A stretch of DNA of 64,000 nucleotides, from contig JAZRYF010000011.1 of NCBI GenBank assembly GCA_045600625.1, forward strand, positions 8,964 through 72,963, written 5' to 3'. Shown in pieces: positions 27,093 to 38,828 of this stretch. This DNA comes from Saccharofermentans sp. GTDB taxonomy: Bacteria; Bacillota; Clostridia; Saccharofermentanales; Saccharofermentanaceae. The position numbers were made by a program, and so were the translations under genes. Below the pieces are notes generated by a model that was not told where the DNA came from, ran no database searches, and saw nothing but the letters and a program-made list of their open reading frames with translations. Positions within the stretch are counted from its first letter, which is position 1. Each line of letters begins with the position of its first letter.

Positions 27093-28238
27093 TTAATAAT
27101 CTATCGTGTGCACACCACTTGTTGAAACTACAACAAGACGGTTATTATCTGTAAAACCTATTCGAATTATATCCTCATCAACAGCAATATCGGAAATTAC
27201 ATCGCCTTCATCATTAAAAATAATAATTCGGTTATCAATTGATAAAGAAAAATTGTTATCATTAGAAGCAATAGCATTTACTACAGAACCCACTTCAGAA
27301 TCATAAATAGTATTTCCTGAACTACTTATTACACGAAGTTTGTTAAGCTGGTTAACACCATCCGAATAAATGATATAAATATTATCATTAACCATTCTTA
27401 CATAGTTAATAGAGCCAAGACTCTCACCTAATGGAGACAACTCGTCATTTCTTAATGTATACACGGTATCAACAGAAAATGTGTACAAGGAACTACCAAT
27501 ATAATCTATGTAAGAAAGAATTCCAGGATCACTAATAGAGAATAACGCGTAGTCCGAAGTTGAAATTGCATCATTATTATAATTTAAAGCAAACAAACGA
27601 ACAAATGGCTCGTAAACAGCACCAGAAGTATTAAGAGTTGTTAATGCAAAGTAATTCTCATTATCAGAAAAAGCTCCACAAATAGGATATCCTGAATTAT
27701 AAGAAGACCATCTTGATATCTGAGTACCATCTCTATAGTACAGAATTACTTCGCCATAAGCGTCAGTACTATCAGTAACAATTGCACACAGACCGGAGTC
27801 AGAAAGAATAGCTGACTGAACGGTATTCTCAGTTGGCTTGGAATACAAGACTCCACTCTCATCCATTACAACAAAACCATATCCACCATTATCAAAAACA
27901 ACACATCTTGTTCCATTGATATAACATTGTGGATTGTTATATGAGACAGAAGTACTGAAAACTTCATTACCAGACAATGTAAGATAAGCCACTCTGTCTG
28001 TTGTAACTTTGATTACACCATCGCCAAAAACATATAACTTCTGTGCTTCAGCATACTCGCACTCGAATCCACTTTGGCCAGAAAGTCTAATCGATCTGTC
28101 AGCACCCTTGGTTGCTTCTTCATTACGAACAACAATAACAAGAAGAACAATTGAAACAACAAGAATTGCAAGGAAAACACCAATAGTAATCCATAAGCTT
28201 TTTTCTATATTGTTTTTAACAGTTTTACTCATTATCAA
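27093..28238 (-). CDS. Membrane-anchored extracytoplasmic protein, beta-propeller-like (DUF5711-like)
   Basis: 381 aa with one N-terminal TM helix followed by repetitive beta-strand-rich sequence. The family assignment is from memory. Confidence 0.6.
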   Translation of the reverse strand: MIMSKTVKNNIEKSLWITIGVFLAILVVSIVLLVIVVRNEEATKGADRSIRLSGQSGFECEYAEAQKLYVFGDGVIKVTTDRVAYLTLSGNEVFSTSVSYNNPQCYINGTRCVVFDNGGYGFVVMDESGVLYSKPTENTVQSAILSDSGLCAIVTDSTDAYGEVILYYRDGTQISRWSSYNSGYPICGAFSDNENYFALTTLNTSGAVYEPFVRLFALNYNNDAISTSDYALFSISDPGILSYIDYIGSSLYTFSVDTVYTLRNDELSPLGESLGSINYVRMVNDNIYIIYSDGVNQLNKLRVISSSGNTIYDSEVGSVVNAIASNDNNFSLSIDNRIIIFNDEGDVISDIAVDEDIIRIGFTDNNRLVVVSTSGVHTIDY

Positions 28239-29713
28239 GCAGCCTCAATAGGTCTGTCATAAATACCATTAATAGCGTTATCTATAGCTTCTTCCGCGAT
28301 CTCATAAGCTGTCCAAGCACCATAATCGAAAGTATTCTCTCCACCATCGTGGAAAATCTGAGTTCTAGGAACAACAAATGAAGTATACTCACCATTCATA
28401 AATACATAATAAGACGTACCATCACGTACAACAAAAGACAACTCATACGTATGGTAATCGTTTGTAATATAAGTAAATGTTACTTCAGGATCAAAATCAG
28501 GGTTTGCATCTGATTCAACACCAGAAATCGAAATAGTAATCAATGACTCATAAAGAATCGCAGCATAAGATCTATTATTAGAATTGAAAATCTTAACATT
28601 TCTCAAATTAAGCAATGCTGTAGCATTAGCAGAAGAAATTGAATCATTTGTATCTATCTGATATGTAAATGTCTCATCACCATAAGTACCAGTGATAGAT
28701 GACATATCATAAGCAGCATAATAAACAAGATAACTATCAAGAAGCATTACCAATGAAGTATTAAGGCCAGACATCTGCATTGAGCTTAACTGGAAGTATC
28801 CATCGATATTTGAAGACTTTCCATAGTAGTATCCATTAACTTCATTAGACAAGTTGATTTCAAGACTAGTTCCATCAACCATTGTGAAGATAAATGTATA
28901 TGCAGGATCCAAAAGACCATAATCGCTAACCTGCTCATCTGTAAGTTCTACAAAAGAAGTAATCTGCAAATCAGTAACATTACTAACAAGATCATTAAAG
29001 TAATTACTACATCCTATATTGAATGGAGAAATTGCTGTAAATATAGGAGAACCTGTCTCATAAATCTCACAGGTAGTAAGCATATCAAGATTATCTTCTA
29101 CTCTAATAAACTCAAGAGTAGCGATATTAGAGTAATCAATATCAAGAATCTGAGTAGCAAGGAAATCAATCATTTGATATCCACAATACAAATACTTGGC
29201 AGCAGCAATTGTATAAATGTTAGGATCACCATCTAACATAAAATAACAATTTGCTTCATTAACAGTCTTATTACCAACATATATTGTATGTAAAACACCA
29301 TCATAACCAGTAATAAGAATTGTATATACAGGATTATCCAAACCGTACTCTGCAAGATTTAAAGTAGAACTGTCACCTATAGTTGCATTTGCATTAAAGT
29401 TAGTAAGAACCGCAACCCATGAAGAAACACCATTTGAATTGATATCAACACCAGAATCGTATTTATCAAGCAATGACCAGTTCAGGACACCGTCATTAGT
29501 AAAATATGACTGAAATCCAATACCAGTACCATTATTATTTAACACTTCAACAGTAGAAATTGTTGAGATATCCATAAAGAAAACCTCTACACTTTCATTA
29601 CTAACAATTCCATCACCGTTACCAGAATTATTTGAGATGATTACACCTACAGCAACAGCTACGAGTACAATCATAACGATAAAAGGAACTAATAAACTTT
29701 TTAAAGATTTCAT
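28235..29713 (-). CDS. DUF4340-like membrane-anchored protein
   Basis: 492 aa with an N-terminal TM helix. Its position immediately after a GldG-like gene is the usual DUF4340 context. The family assignment is from memory. Confidence 0.6.
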   Translation of the reverse strand: MKSLKSLLVPFIVMIVLVAVAVGVIISNNSGNGDGIVSNESVEVFFMDISTISTVEVLNNNGTGIGFQSYFTNDGVLNWSLLDKYDSGVDINSNGVSSWVAVLTNFNANATIGDSSTLNLAEYGLDNPVYTILITGYDGVLHTIYVGNKTVNEANCYFMLDGDPNIYTIAAAKYLYCGYQMIDFLATQILDIDYSNIATLEFIRVEDNLDMLTTCEIYETGSPIFTAISPFNIGCSNYFNDLVSNVTDLQITSFVELTDEQVSDYGLLDPAYTFIFTMVDGTSLEINLSNEVNGYYYGKSSNIDGYFQLSSMQMSGLNTSLVMLLDSYLVYYAAYDMSSITGTYGDETFTYQIDTNDSISSANATALLNLRNVKIFNSNNRSYAAILYESLITISISGVESDANPDFDPEVTFTYITNDYHTYELSFVVRDGTSYYVFMNGEYTSFVVPRTQIFHDGGENTFDYGAWTAYEIAEEAIDNAINGIYDRPIEAA

Positions 29714-29715
29714 AA

Positions 29716-31260
29716 TTACAGATTCTTTCTCTTGTTATAAACAACTACACCAGCAATAACCAATGCAAGAGGAACAATAGCAATGAGAATAAATGTCAAT
29801 ACAGTAACTGTATTACCATTAACCTTAGTTGTATCGATTGAATAGTCAGACAAAGCCTTTCCTTCAACATATACACTATCCTCAGCTTTGAGCATCTCAC
29901 GAACAATATTTCTGGTGAAAACAACGTTTGCATCGTTAAAACCGAAGCTTGAAATGTATTCATCAGAAGTGAAAGTCATTGTACCGAAAACATAAACTTC
30001 AGGTGGAGTTGGAGTGCCTTCGTAAGTAGCATACATACCAACATTGTACTGACCTAATACAGAGTTCTGCATAAGGTTACCAGTTCTTTCATCATACTGA
30101 CTCAAAGTAACATTATTAGATGTACTTACAACAGCCTGAGTCTGAATATATGCATATGGAGTGTCAGCCGTTGTAATTGGTCTTGCATATGAATTACGAA
30201 GAAGTGTAGCTTCACCAGCCATGGAAGCAAATGCATTATTAAGAGTAACAAGAGAATTAAACTTATCACTGTTAATCTGAGCACCTGTGTCATTCTCCAT
30301 AATAAGTGCATTCTGAATTCTAAGGTTTACGTATGTCAATAAGCTGTTCAAATTAGGATATGACTCAGAAACATTTGAACTATAGTAGTTAACAGCAACA
30401 ATCAACTTACCGCCTCTTCCGAGGTAATCCTGAATTCCCAAAGCCATAGAACTTGTAATATCAGAATTGATACCATTAATAACCAGCAAATCACAATCTA
30501 GTGGTACTTCAAAATTATCACTAGCCTGTACCTCACCACTCTCAATACCTAATGCAGCAAACATATTAGATAACTGTGTATGAGAGCTTTCACCTAAACC
30601 AGTTACAAAGTAAGCCTTATAGCTATAACCCTGAGTTAAGTTAACAATTGCACTGGTAAACTTTGACTCAACGATATTGGATGTAGGCATATAGTAGCCA
30701 TACTGTAAGTACTCACTATCATAAGTAAAACAGTCAACAGGCATAATCTCAATCAAGCTGCCACCACAGCTGATTACATAGCATGAAGTATTAGCAAGGT
30801 CATACACACCACTTGGATCGAGTTCTGAGATGATAGATGGATATGTAGTTGGATTAATATAATCAACTGTAATTCTTCCGTTAGAAACAGCTACATAATC
30901 ATCAAGTAAAGGAACAATATACTCATATGGTGTATCTCTTAAAGACTTAGGTCTGTCAAAAAGACCAACAATTCTAATATGAGTATCTTCTGGCAATGAA
31001 TTTAAGTATGTAATAGTTATATCAGATACTGAATTCTGACCAGTTGAAGACATATCATATGTGAGATAATCATCAATTGTAGTATTCTTAATTTTTAAAC
31101 CAAAAATGATGTTTATAGCTAAAACACTAACAAGAAAAATCAAGAAAGAACCAATAGAGAAAAGCTTGAGCTTTTCAGATCTTACATCTGTCTTAAGATT
31201 GTCCTTCTTAGTCTTATTATCGCTAACAGGATTTTCTACTTTTTTATTATCTTTACTCAT
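29716..31260 (-). CDS. GldG-like ABC-transporter auxiliary protein
   Basis: N- and C-terminal TM helices flank a large extracytoplasmic domain. It follows the ABC-2 permease. The start is ATG 31260 behind AAGGAG. The longest ORF reaches 31305. Confidence 0.7.
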   Translation of the reverse strand: MSKDNKKVENPVSDNKTKKDNLKTDVRSEKLKLFSIGSFLIFLVSVLAINIIFGLKIKNTTIDDYLTYDMSSTGQNSVSDITITYLNSLPEDTHIRIVGLFDRPKSLRDTPYEYIVPLLDDYVAVSNGRITVDYINPTTYPSIISELDPSGVYDLANTSCYVISCGGSLIEIMPVDCFTYDSEYLQYGYYMPTSNIVESKFTSAIVNLTQGYSYKAYFVTGLGESSHTQLSNMFAALGIESGEVQASDNFEVPLDCDLLVINGINSDITSSMALGIQDYLGRGGKLIVAVNYYSSNVSESYPNLNSLLTYVNLRIQNALIMENDTGAQINSDKFNSLVTLNNAFASMAGEATLLRNSYARPITTADTPYAYIQTQAVVSTSNNVTLSQYDERTGNLMQNSVLGQYNVGMYATYEGTPTPPEVYVFGTMTFTSDEYISSFGFNDANVVFTRNIVREMLKAEDSVYVEGKALSDYSIDTTKVNGNTVTVLTFILIAIVPLALVIAGVVVYNKRKNL

Positions 31261-31276
31261 CTTGTTACTCCTTGGA

Positions 31277-32050
31277 TTACTTCTGTGACCAACGCTTCTT
31301 CTCAAGGATTCTGTATGTTAAGAACAAGAATACAAGAGCCATTGAAGCACAATACACAAGAGGAGATATGGAGAAAACACCATATCTGAAATCGTTAGTT
31401 TTAGAGAATGGATCAAGCCAGGAAATTGCATTTGCAACATTATCACATGCGGCGTTTACCTTTTCTGGATTGAGATTAAACATTGTTGCAGAGAGCAAAG
31501 ATGCGACTGCAGAAGATGCAAGTGAACTAATAGTTGATAATAGCTGAACACAAAGAATAATAACAAAGCTAATAATAGCAGCAATAATCTGTGTATCAGT
31601 AAGAGCAGATGCAAAAATACCTATAGAGATGAACAATGTAGCAAGGAAAAAGTATACAAGTACTGATCCCCATGTACCAACATTAACAACTCCACCCGAA
31701 CAAGCAGTAATTACCATATGCACCAATACATTGATGAAAAGAATTGCAACAAGTGTCAAAGCTGCAAAAAACTTACCGAGAACAACATCAAACATCGATA
31801 CAGGTGATGTATAGAATAGAACTTCTGTTCCTCTCTTCTTATCTTCAGCAAAAAGGCCCATAGTAATTACAGGTACAATTATTACAAAGAAAGAAGCGAG
31901 AGACATAATCTCATTAGAAACATTTACGTTACCGCCACTGTACTGATTAATGAAAAAGAATCCAGACAAGAATCCATACAGAGCCAAAGCTACATATCCA
32001 ACAGGCGATCTGAAATAAGATGCCAACTCTCTTTTATAAACCGCAGACAT
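31277..32050 (-). CDS. ABC-2 type transporter permease (GldF-like)
   Basis: 257 aa with about 6 TM helices, directly downstream of the ATPase. Confidence 0.85.
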   Translation of the reverse strand: MSAVYKRELASYFRSPVGYVALALYGFLSGFFFINQYSGGNVNVSNEIMSLASFFVIIVPVITMGLFAEDKKRGTEVLFYTSPVSMFDVVLGKFFAALTLVAILFINVLVHMVITACSGGVVNVGTWGSVLVYFFLATLFISIGIFASALTDTQIIAAIISFVIILCVQLLSTISSLASSAVASLLSATMFNLNPEKVNAACDNVANAISWLDPFSKTNDFRYGVFSISPLVYCASMALVFLFLTYRILEKKRWSQK

Positions 32051-32065
32051 TAATAACCTCCGTAA

Positions 32066-33007
32066 TCAGGCTGATGTAATAGACAAGAAGATTTCTTCGA
32101 GTGTAGGATCCATAGATCTAAACTCCAAGATTGGCCAATTGCCCTTGCTCATTGCATAGAATACAGAAGCACGAACATCAGTTTTTGAATCATTAGCGAT
32201 TGTAATCTCAACCTGGCTAATAGAAGTGTCCTTATTAGCCACAATAGAAACAACATTAGAAATACCAGGAATAGATCTCAGAGCATTAATAACATCCTTC
32301 TCTGGTCCCTTAAATGACAAAGATAACTTAGAAGAACCACTAAGTTTCTTAGACAAATCAGTAATCGAATCGATAGCAGCAACCTTACCCTTATTAATGA
32401 TAACTACTCTGTCACAAACAGCCTGAACCTCAGAAAGAATATGAGAACTAATAATAACAGTATGATTCTCAGCAAGCTTACGTATTAGTTTTCTTATCTC
32501 GATAATCTGATTTGGATCCAAACCAACTGTAGGCTCATCAAGTATCAAAATATCAGGATTACCTACCAAAGCCTGAGCAATACCAACTCTCTGCTTATAA
32601 CCCTTAGACAAGTTACCAATTAATCTGTCAGCCATGTCAATAATCTTTACCATAGAAAGAATTGAAGCAAGCTGATTCTTACGCTCAGACTTAGGAACCT
32701 TCTTCAAATCGCAAATGAAGTTCAAATATTCAAGAACAGTCATATCAAAATAAAGTGGTGGAATTTCAGGAAGATAACCTATACACTTCTTTGCTTCTTC
32801 TGGTTCTTCAAGAATATCGTGACCGTTTACCTTTACATAACCTGATGTAGAAGAAAGATAACCAGTAATAATGTTCATAGTAGTTGACTTACCGGCTCCA
32901 TTAGGTCCCAAAAAACCTAACACTTCACCGTCGTTAACTGTAAATGTGATACCGTTAACAGCTTTAATGTCACCATATCGCTTTACAAGATTGTTTATCT
33001 CAATCAT
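32066..33007 (-). CDS. ABC transporter ATP-binding protein (GldA-like)
   Basis: Walker A GPNGAGKST, signature LSKGYKQR, Walker B ILILDEPT. Confidence 0.93.
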   Translation of the reverse strand: MIEINNLVKRYGDIKAVNGITFTVNDGEVLGFLGPNGAGKSTTMNIITGYLSSTSGYVKVNGHDILEEPEEAKKCIGYLPEIPPLYFDMTVLEYLNFICDLKKVPKSERKNQLASILSMVKIIDMADRLIGNLSKGYKQRVGIAQALVGNPDILILDEPTVGLDPNQIIEIRKLIRKLAENHTVIISSHILSEVQAVCDRVVIINKGKVAAIDSITDLSKKLSGSSKLSLSFKGPEKDVINALRSIPGISNVVSIVANKDTSISQVEITIANDSKTDVRASVFYAMSKGNWPILEFRSMDPTLEEIFLSITSA

Positions 33008-33058
33008 GAGTGCCTCCTATAAAATTGCACATTAGACAATATTTTATAACAAATCAGC

Positions 33059-33811
33059 TTAAACACAAAATGTTAATTTTGAGGCAAAAACACCGATATT
33101 TTCATTTTTATAGCCACAAACAAGAATCCCGTCATCTTCATCCTTAATAAATATATCAACCTTTTCTCCACTTTTAACTTCAGAAATATAATTGATGTTT
33201 ATATTATTAATACTGCAAAGGTCTTTTCCGTCTTTGTACAAGGCATCATAAATCCAGGCAACATAGCGTGTATTATTAACATGATGATTATGATCAAGTT
33301 CAGTATAATCTCCGAATTTACTAAGAACTACAGGTTTGTCGAAATAACTAATATCAGGAACTTTAAGTTTTGGACAACTATGACCTAATGCCATCAGGTT
33401 ACGCTGTGGATTTAAATTAGAAGCACCATCCAGTTTTGATGGAAAAACTGGAGTATGATCACTCATATTAGCAAGAATCCATACAGATGTTCCCTTTGCT
33501 ATGACTTCACCATTAGAATCATACACTTCATACTCACGATCCCAGAACAACTTCTTACAGCCTTCAGACCATGTTCTTATTGTAAACGATTCCCTCCACT
33601 TAGGAAGTCTTATTATTTGAAGTTCACATCTTAAAACAATCCAGCAAAAACCCTGACTGTTTATGAAGTCCCTTCCCCACCCACAGTCATTAGCACCTTT
33701 ATCAGCACTTTCCTGTAAATCAGATAAAAGCACATAAGGAGCAAGACAAAAGTCCATGCTACAATCTGTGCTTTTTACGTAAAAACTAACTTCAGAGTAT
33801 TCAGGAATCAT
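33059..33811 (-). CDS. Acyl-ACP thioesterase
   Basis: 250 aa with a double hot-dog pattern typical of the FatA/B-like bacterial acyl-ACP thioesterase family. Confidence 0.8.
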   Translation of the reverse strand: MIPEYSEVSFYVKSTDCSMDFCLAPYVLLSDLQESADKGANDCGWGRDFINSQGFCWIVLRCELQIIRLPKWRESFTIRTWSEGCKKLFWDREYEVYDSNGEVIAKGTSVWILANMSDHTPVFPSKLDGASNLNPQRNLMALGHSCPKLKVPDISYFDKPVVLSKFGDYTELDHNHHVNNTRYVAWIYDALYKDGKDLCSINNININYISEVKSGEKVDIFIKDEDDGILVCGYKNENIGVFASKLTFCV

Positions 33812-34341
33812 ATCTTTTGTGTTCCTCTTGGATTATATCTTCTAAACATAGGATACATCTCTTCATCAAACTGAAATATTATCACATATGGTGTTTTATC
33901 CTGAGTAATAAAAACATACCAGTTATTCTCATTAATACAATAATTTTTAAGTGTAGTAGCATTAATACAAAAATCAGATTTTGCCAAATCATCATTAAAT
34001 CTGTCTGATGTTACACAACCTATGTATTCAGCTTCTTTTAATGAAAATTCAGCTAATAAATCATTCTTTTTATTATTGGTTATTCTTGTTAATTCAAACT
34101 GATCATTAGTAATCTCAATTTGATATTCAACTCTTAAACTGACATTAGCTCTGTAAACAAGGTATCCAATACCGAGGGAGACCATACCTGTAAAGTAAAT
34201 AATGTTTACACCCATCAAAATAGGTATGATATTAAAAAAAACAATAAAAAGAACTGCTGCAGTAATAGAAACTACAGGAAATACTTTGCCAAGTGGGCCA
34301 TTATCTCTTTTTACGGTCTTATCATAATAAAGGTCTTCCAT
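33808..34341 (-). CDS. Membrane protein of unknown function
   Basis: Two TM helices plus a soluble C-terminal domain. The start is ATG 34341 behind AAGGAG. The longest ORF start (34374) lies inside the groEL terminator stem. ATGA overlap with the thioesterase gene. Confidence 0.6.
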   Translation of the reverse strand: MEDLYYDKTVKRDNGPLGKVFPVVSITAAVLFIVFFNIIPILMGVNIIYFTGMVSLGIGYLVYRANVSLRVEYQIEITNDQFELTRITNNKKNDLLAEFSLKEAEYIGCVTSDRFNDDLAKSDFCINATTLKNYCINENNWYVFITQDKTPYVIIFQFDEEMYPMFRRYNPRGTQKI

Positions 34342-34351
34342 AAATCTCCTT

Positions 34352-34380
34352 AAAAAAGCGGCCGTGCTAAGCATGGCCGC
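34352..34380 (-). terminator. Intrinsic terminator after groEL
   Basis: On the minus strand, GCGGCCATGC TTA GCACGGCCGC (9 bp with 1 mismatch) is followed by TTTTTT. Confidence 0.65.
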
Positions 34381-34402
34381 TCAAAATAATCAATTAGTTA
34401 AA

Positions 34403-36019
<1,617 letters not shown>

Positions 36020-36031
36020 TTACCTCCAAAA

Positions 36032-36346
<315 letters not shown>

Positions 36347-36373
36347 TTAGCACTCTTCTCACTCGAGTGCCAA
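36347..36373. promoter_or_regulatory. CIRCE operator (HrcA binding site)
   Basis: TTAGCACTC-N9-GAGTGCCAA differs from the consensus TTAGCACTC-N9-GAGTGCTAA at 1 position. The inverted repeat extends to 14 bp per arm (TGCTGTTAGCACTC / GAGTGCCAACAGCA). Confidence 0.88.
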
Positions 36374-36381
36374 CAGCAATT

Positions 36382-36410
36382 ATGATAATTCTCTGTCTAA
36401 TCAATGTCAA
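36382..36410 (-). promoter_or_regulatory. Sigma-A type promoter of groESL
   Basis: On the minus strand: TTGACA (36410-36405), a 17-nt spacer, then TATCAT (36387-36382). It lies immediately upstream of CIRCE. Confidence 0.55.
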
Positions 36411-36457
36411 TATTGAATATCAAAAAAAGTCAAAAACCTATTTTTTGCCACAATTTA

Positions 36458-37639
36458 TTATCTGAGAAGTTCAGAAATATCAATATCAGTTGGGCAATTA
36501 GTTGGAGAATGATAAATCTCAGGAACTGGGTCAAATATAGTAGTCTCACCGTAGAAGAACTGCTGTACATATGGAATCATACCATTCCAGTTAGGTCTGA
36601 TACTCCACTCATCACCATACATACCAGAATTGAAGCATCCCTGAATTGGTAACTGCATATATTCAATCTGAATATTTCTAACATTAGGTAAGAAATTCAA
36701 TGCATAATCATTAATCTGATCAGCTGGAATGTTAGTAGTAATAGATGAAAGAATTGTAGGTATAGCTGCAGCCTTACCTGCCAAAGACAATGAAATAAAC
36801 TGATCCATCAAAGATCTTAATACTTCAACCTGTCTCTCGGATCTCATATAGTCAGAGTCTATCTTACGAATACGAGCATAAGCAACTGCCTGTGGACCAT
36901 TAAGCCAGATATGATCACCAGGGTTTGCAACAGGAGTATACTGACCTGTTGAACCACCACCAACAAGGTTACTTACCTCGAGAAGGTTCCAGTTAAGACC
37001 ACCCTCAGAATATAACTCTGAAGAAGAAACATCACAGTAAACACCACCAACAGCATCAATAATCTCAGCCATATGATAGAAGTTAACATATGCCCAACCA
37101 TCAATATTAATTCGTAAGGAGTCTTCGACAGTTGCACAGAGAATATCTGGTCCACCCAAACTCATTGCCGCATTAATCTTCATAGGATTGGAATAACCAG
37201 GTACATGAACATATGAGTCTCTAGCAATAGAAATCATCTTTATAGTACCAACAGTACTGTTAACAGACATAACCATAGTTACGTCAGAAAGTCCACCTGT
37301 ACCAGTCTCATTGTAATTACGAGATCTAGAGTCAATACCAATAAGAAGGAAGTTATGAATCTCTTCTTCTGTTTGAATAATCTCATGAACTGTTGTCTGT
37401 CTGATAGACTCAAGATTGATAGTGTTACCACTCTCATCCACAACTGTAATCTCAGAAGGTGTAGTTACATATGTGATATGACTTAATAGATAATTCTTAT
37501 AATAATTTGCAAATCCCAATACACCAGTAGCAATACCAAGAATAGCGGCAACTACTCCGATAATTATCTTCTTCGCCTTACCCTTCTTTTTTACAGGCTT
37601 TGAACTTGAATTGTCGTAACTCTTATTTTTCATATGCAC
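36458..37639 (-). CDS. LCP (LytR-CpsA-Psr) family protein
   Basis: 393 aa with an N-terminal TM helix and an LCP core (FLLIGIDSRS...TMVMSVN...SIARDSYV). Confidence 0.88.
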   Translation of the reverse strand: MHMKNKSYDNSSSKPVKKKGKAKKIIIGVVAAILGIATGVLGFANYYKNYLLSHITYVTTPSEITVVDESGNTINLESIRQTTVHEIIQTEEEIHNFLLIGIDSRSRNYNETGTGGLSDVTMVMSVNSTVGTIKMISIARDSYVHVPGYSNPMKINAAMSLGGPDILCATVEDSLRINIDGWAYVNFYHMAEIIDAVGGVYCDVSSSELYSEGGLNWNLLEVSNLVGGGSTGQYTPVANPGDHIWLNGPQAVAYARIRKIDSDYMRSERQVEVLRSLMDQFISLSLAGKAAAIPTILSSITTNIPADQINDYALNFLPNVRNIQIEYMQLPIQGCFNSGMYGDEWSIRPNWNGMIPYVQQFFYGETTIFDPVPEIYHSPTNCPTDIDISELLR

Positions 37640-37647
37640 CTCTAAAA

Positions 37648-38676
37648 TTAAATATCTTCAGGTAAACCATTAGGATTCTTACTCTGCCAATTCCAGCAAG
37701 AATCACACATATCGTCAATAGTTCTTGTAGCTTTAAAACCTAAATACTTCTCAGCCTTATCTGTAGAAGCATAACATACTGGTAAATCGCCTGCACGCCT
37801 TGGTCCAATGACGTTATTAATCTCATGTCCACAAGCCTTCTCAAAAGCTTTAACAGCTTCAATTACGGATGTTCCTTTTCCAGTACCAAGATTGAAAACA
37901 TCTACACCAGCGTCAATCTTATCCATATAATTGATAGCTTTTACATGGCCATCAGCAAGATCGCAAACATGTATATAATCTCTTAAACATGTACCGTCTG
38001 GTGTGTCATAATCTCCACCATGAATAGTAAGTCTCTCAAGACTTCCTGTTGCAACCTTAGAGATATATGGAAATAAATTATTAGGAATCCCCTTAGGATC
38101 CTCTCCGATGAGACCACTCTCATGAGCACCAACAGGATTGAAGTATCTAAGCAAAATCACCTTAAGATCAGAATAAGCCTTAGAACAGTCTCTTAAAATC
38201 TGTTCAATCATCCACTTAGTCCATCCATATGGATTAGTACAAACACCAAGAGGACTCTCCTCAGTAAAAGGAACATCTTCACTCATTCCATATACAGTCG
38301 CAGAAGAACTGAAAACAAGTTTACTAACATTGAATTCTCTCATCAGCTTAATAACTGTAAGCATACTGTTAATATTATTAGAATAGTATTCAAACGGCTT
38401 TACAACAGATTCTCCTACAGCCTTAAGACCTGCGAAATGAATTACACTGTCAATATCATTCTGTTCAAAAACAACTCTTAATGCTGCTTCATTACAGCAA
38501 TCTACATTATAAAACTTAAATCTCTTGCCAGTAATTATCTCGAGTCTGTTAAGAACTTCCATCTTACTATTAGCGAGGTTATCAGCGATGACTACATCAT
38601 ATCCATTGTCATTAAGTGCGATAACAGTATGGGAACCTATAAAACCCATTCCACCTGTTACTAGTACTGTATGCAT
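37648..38676 (-). CDS. galE: UDP-glucose 4-epimerase
   Basis: 342 aa with VTGGMGFIGSH and a YxxxK (YGWTK) SDR catalytic motif. Confidence 0.93.
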   Translation of the reverse strand: MHTVLVTGGMGFIGSHTVIALNDNGYDVVIADNLANSKMEVLNRLEIITGKRFKFYNVDCCNEAALRVVFEQNDIDSVIHFAGLKAVGESVVKPFEYYSNNINSMLTVIKLMREFNVSKLVFSSSATVYGMSEDVPFTEESPLGVCTNPYGWTKWMIEQILRDCSKAYSDLKVILLRYFNPVGAHESGLIGEDPKGIPNNLFPYISKVATGSLERLTIHGGDYDTPDGTCLRDYIHVCDLADGHVKAINYMDKIDAGVDVFNLGTGKGTSVIEAVKAFEKACGHEINNVIGPRRAGDLPVCYASTDKAEKYLGFKATRTIDDMCDSCWNWQSKNPNGLPEDI

Positions 38677-38706
38677 AAAATCCCCCTAAAATAATGGTCA
38701 AATAAT

Positions 38707-38741
38707 TATACACATAATCGTTAATATTTTGTACACATTAT
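38707..38741. repeat. Direct repeat T(A/G)TACACAT(A/T)AT x2 in the galE / response-regulator divergent region
   Basis: TATACACATAAT at 38707-38718 and TGTACACATTAT at 38730-38741 match at 10 of 12 positions with a 23-nt period. Confidence 0.6.
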
Positions 38742-38828
38742 TTTCTCTCAATATTTCACCAATTTTACAATTTATATCTACCCTATAAATGTAAAATAGA
38801 TAATATACTATTAAACATAAGGTGTTAT

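Noticed and set aside
36411-36457. Possible terminator between the LCP gene stop and the groES promoter
   Set aside because: No convincing inverted repeat is present, only A/T runs.
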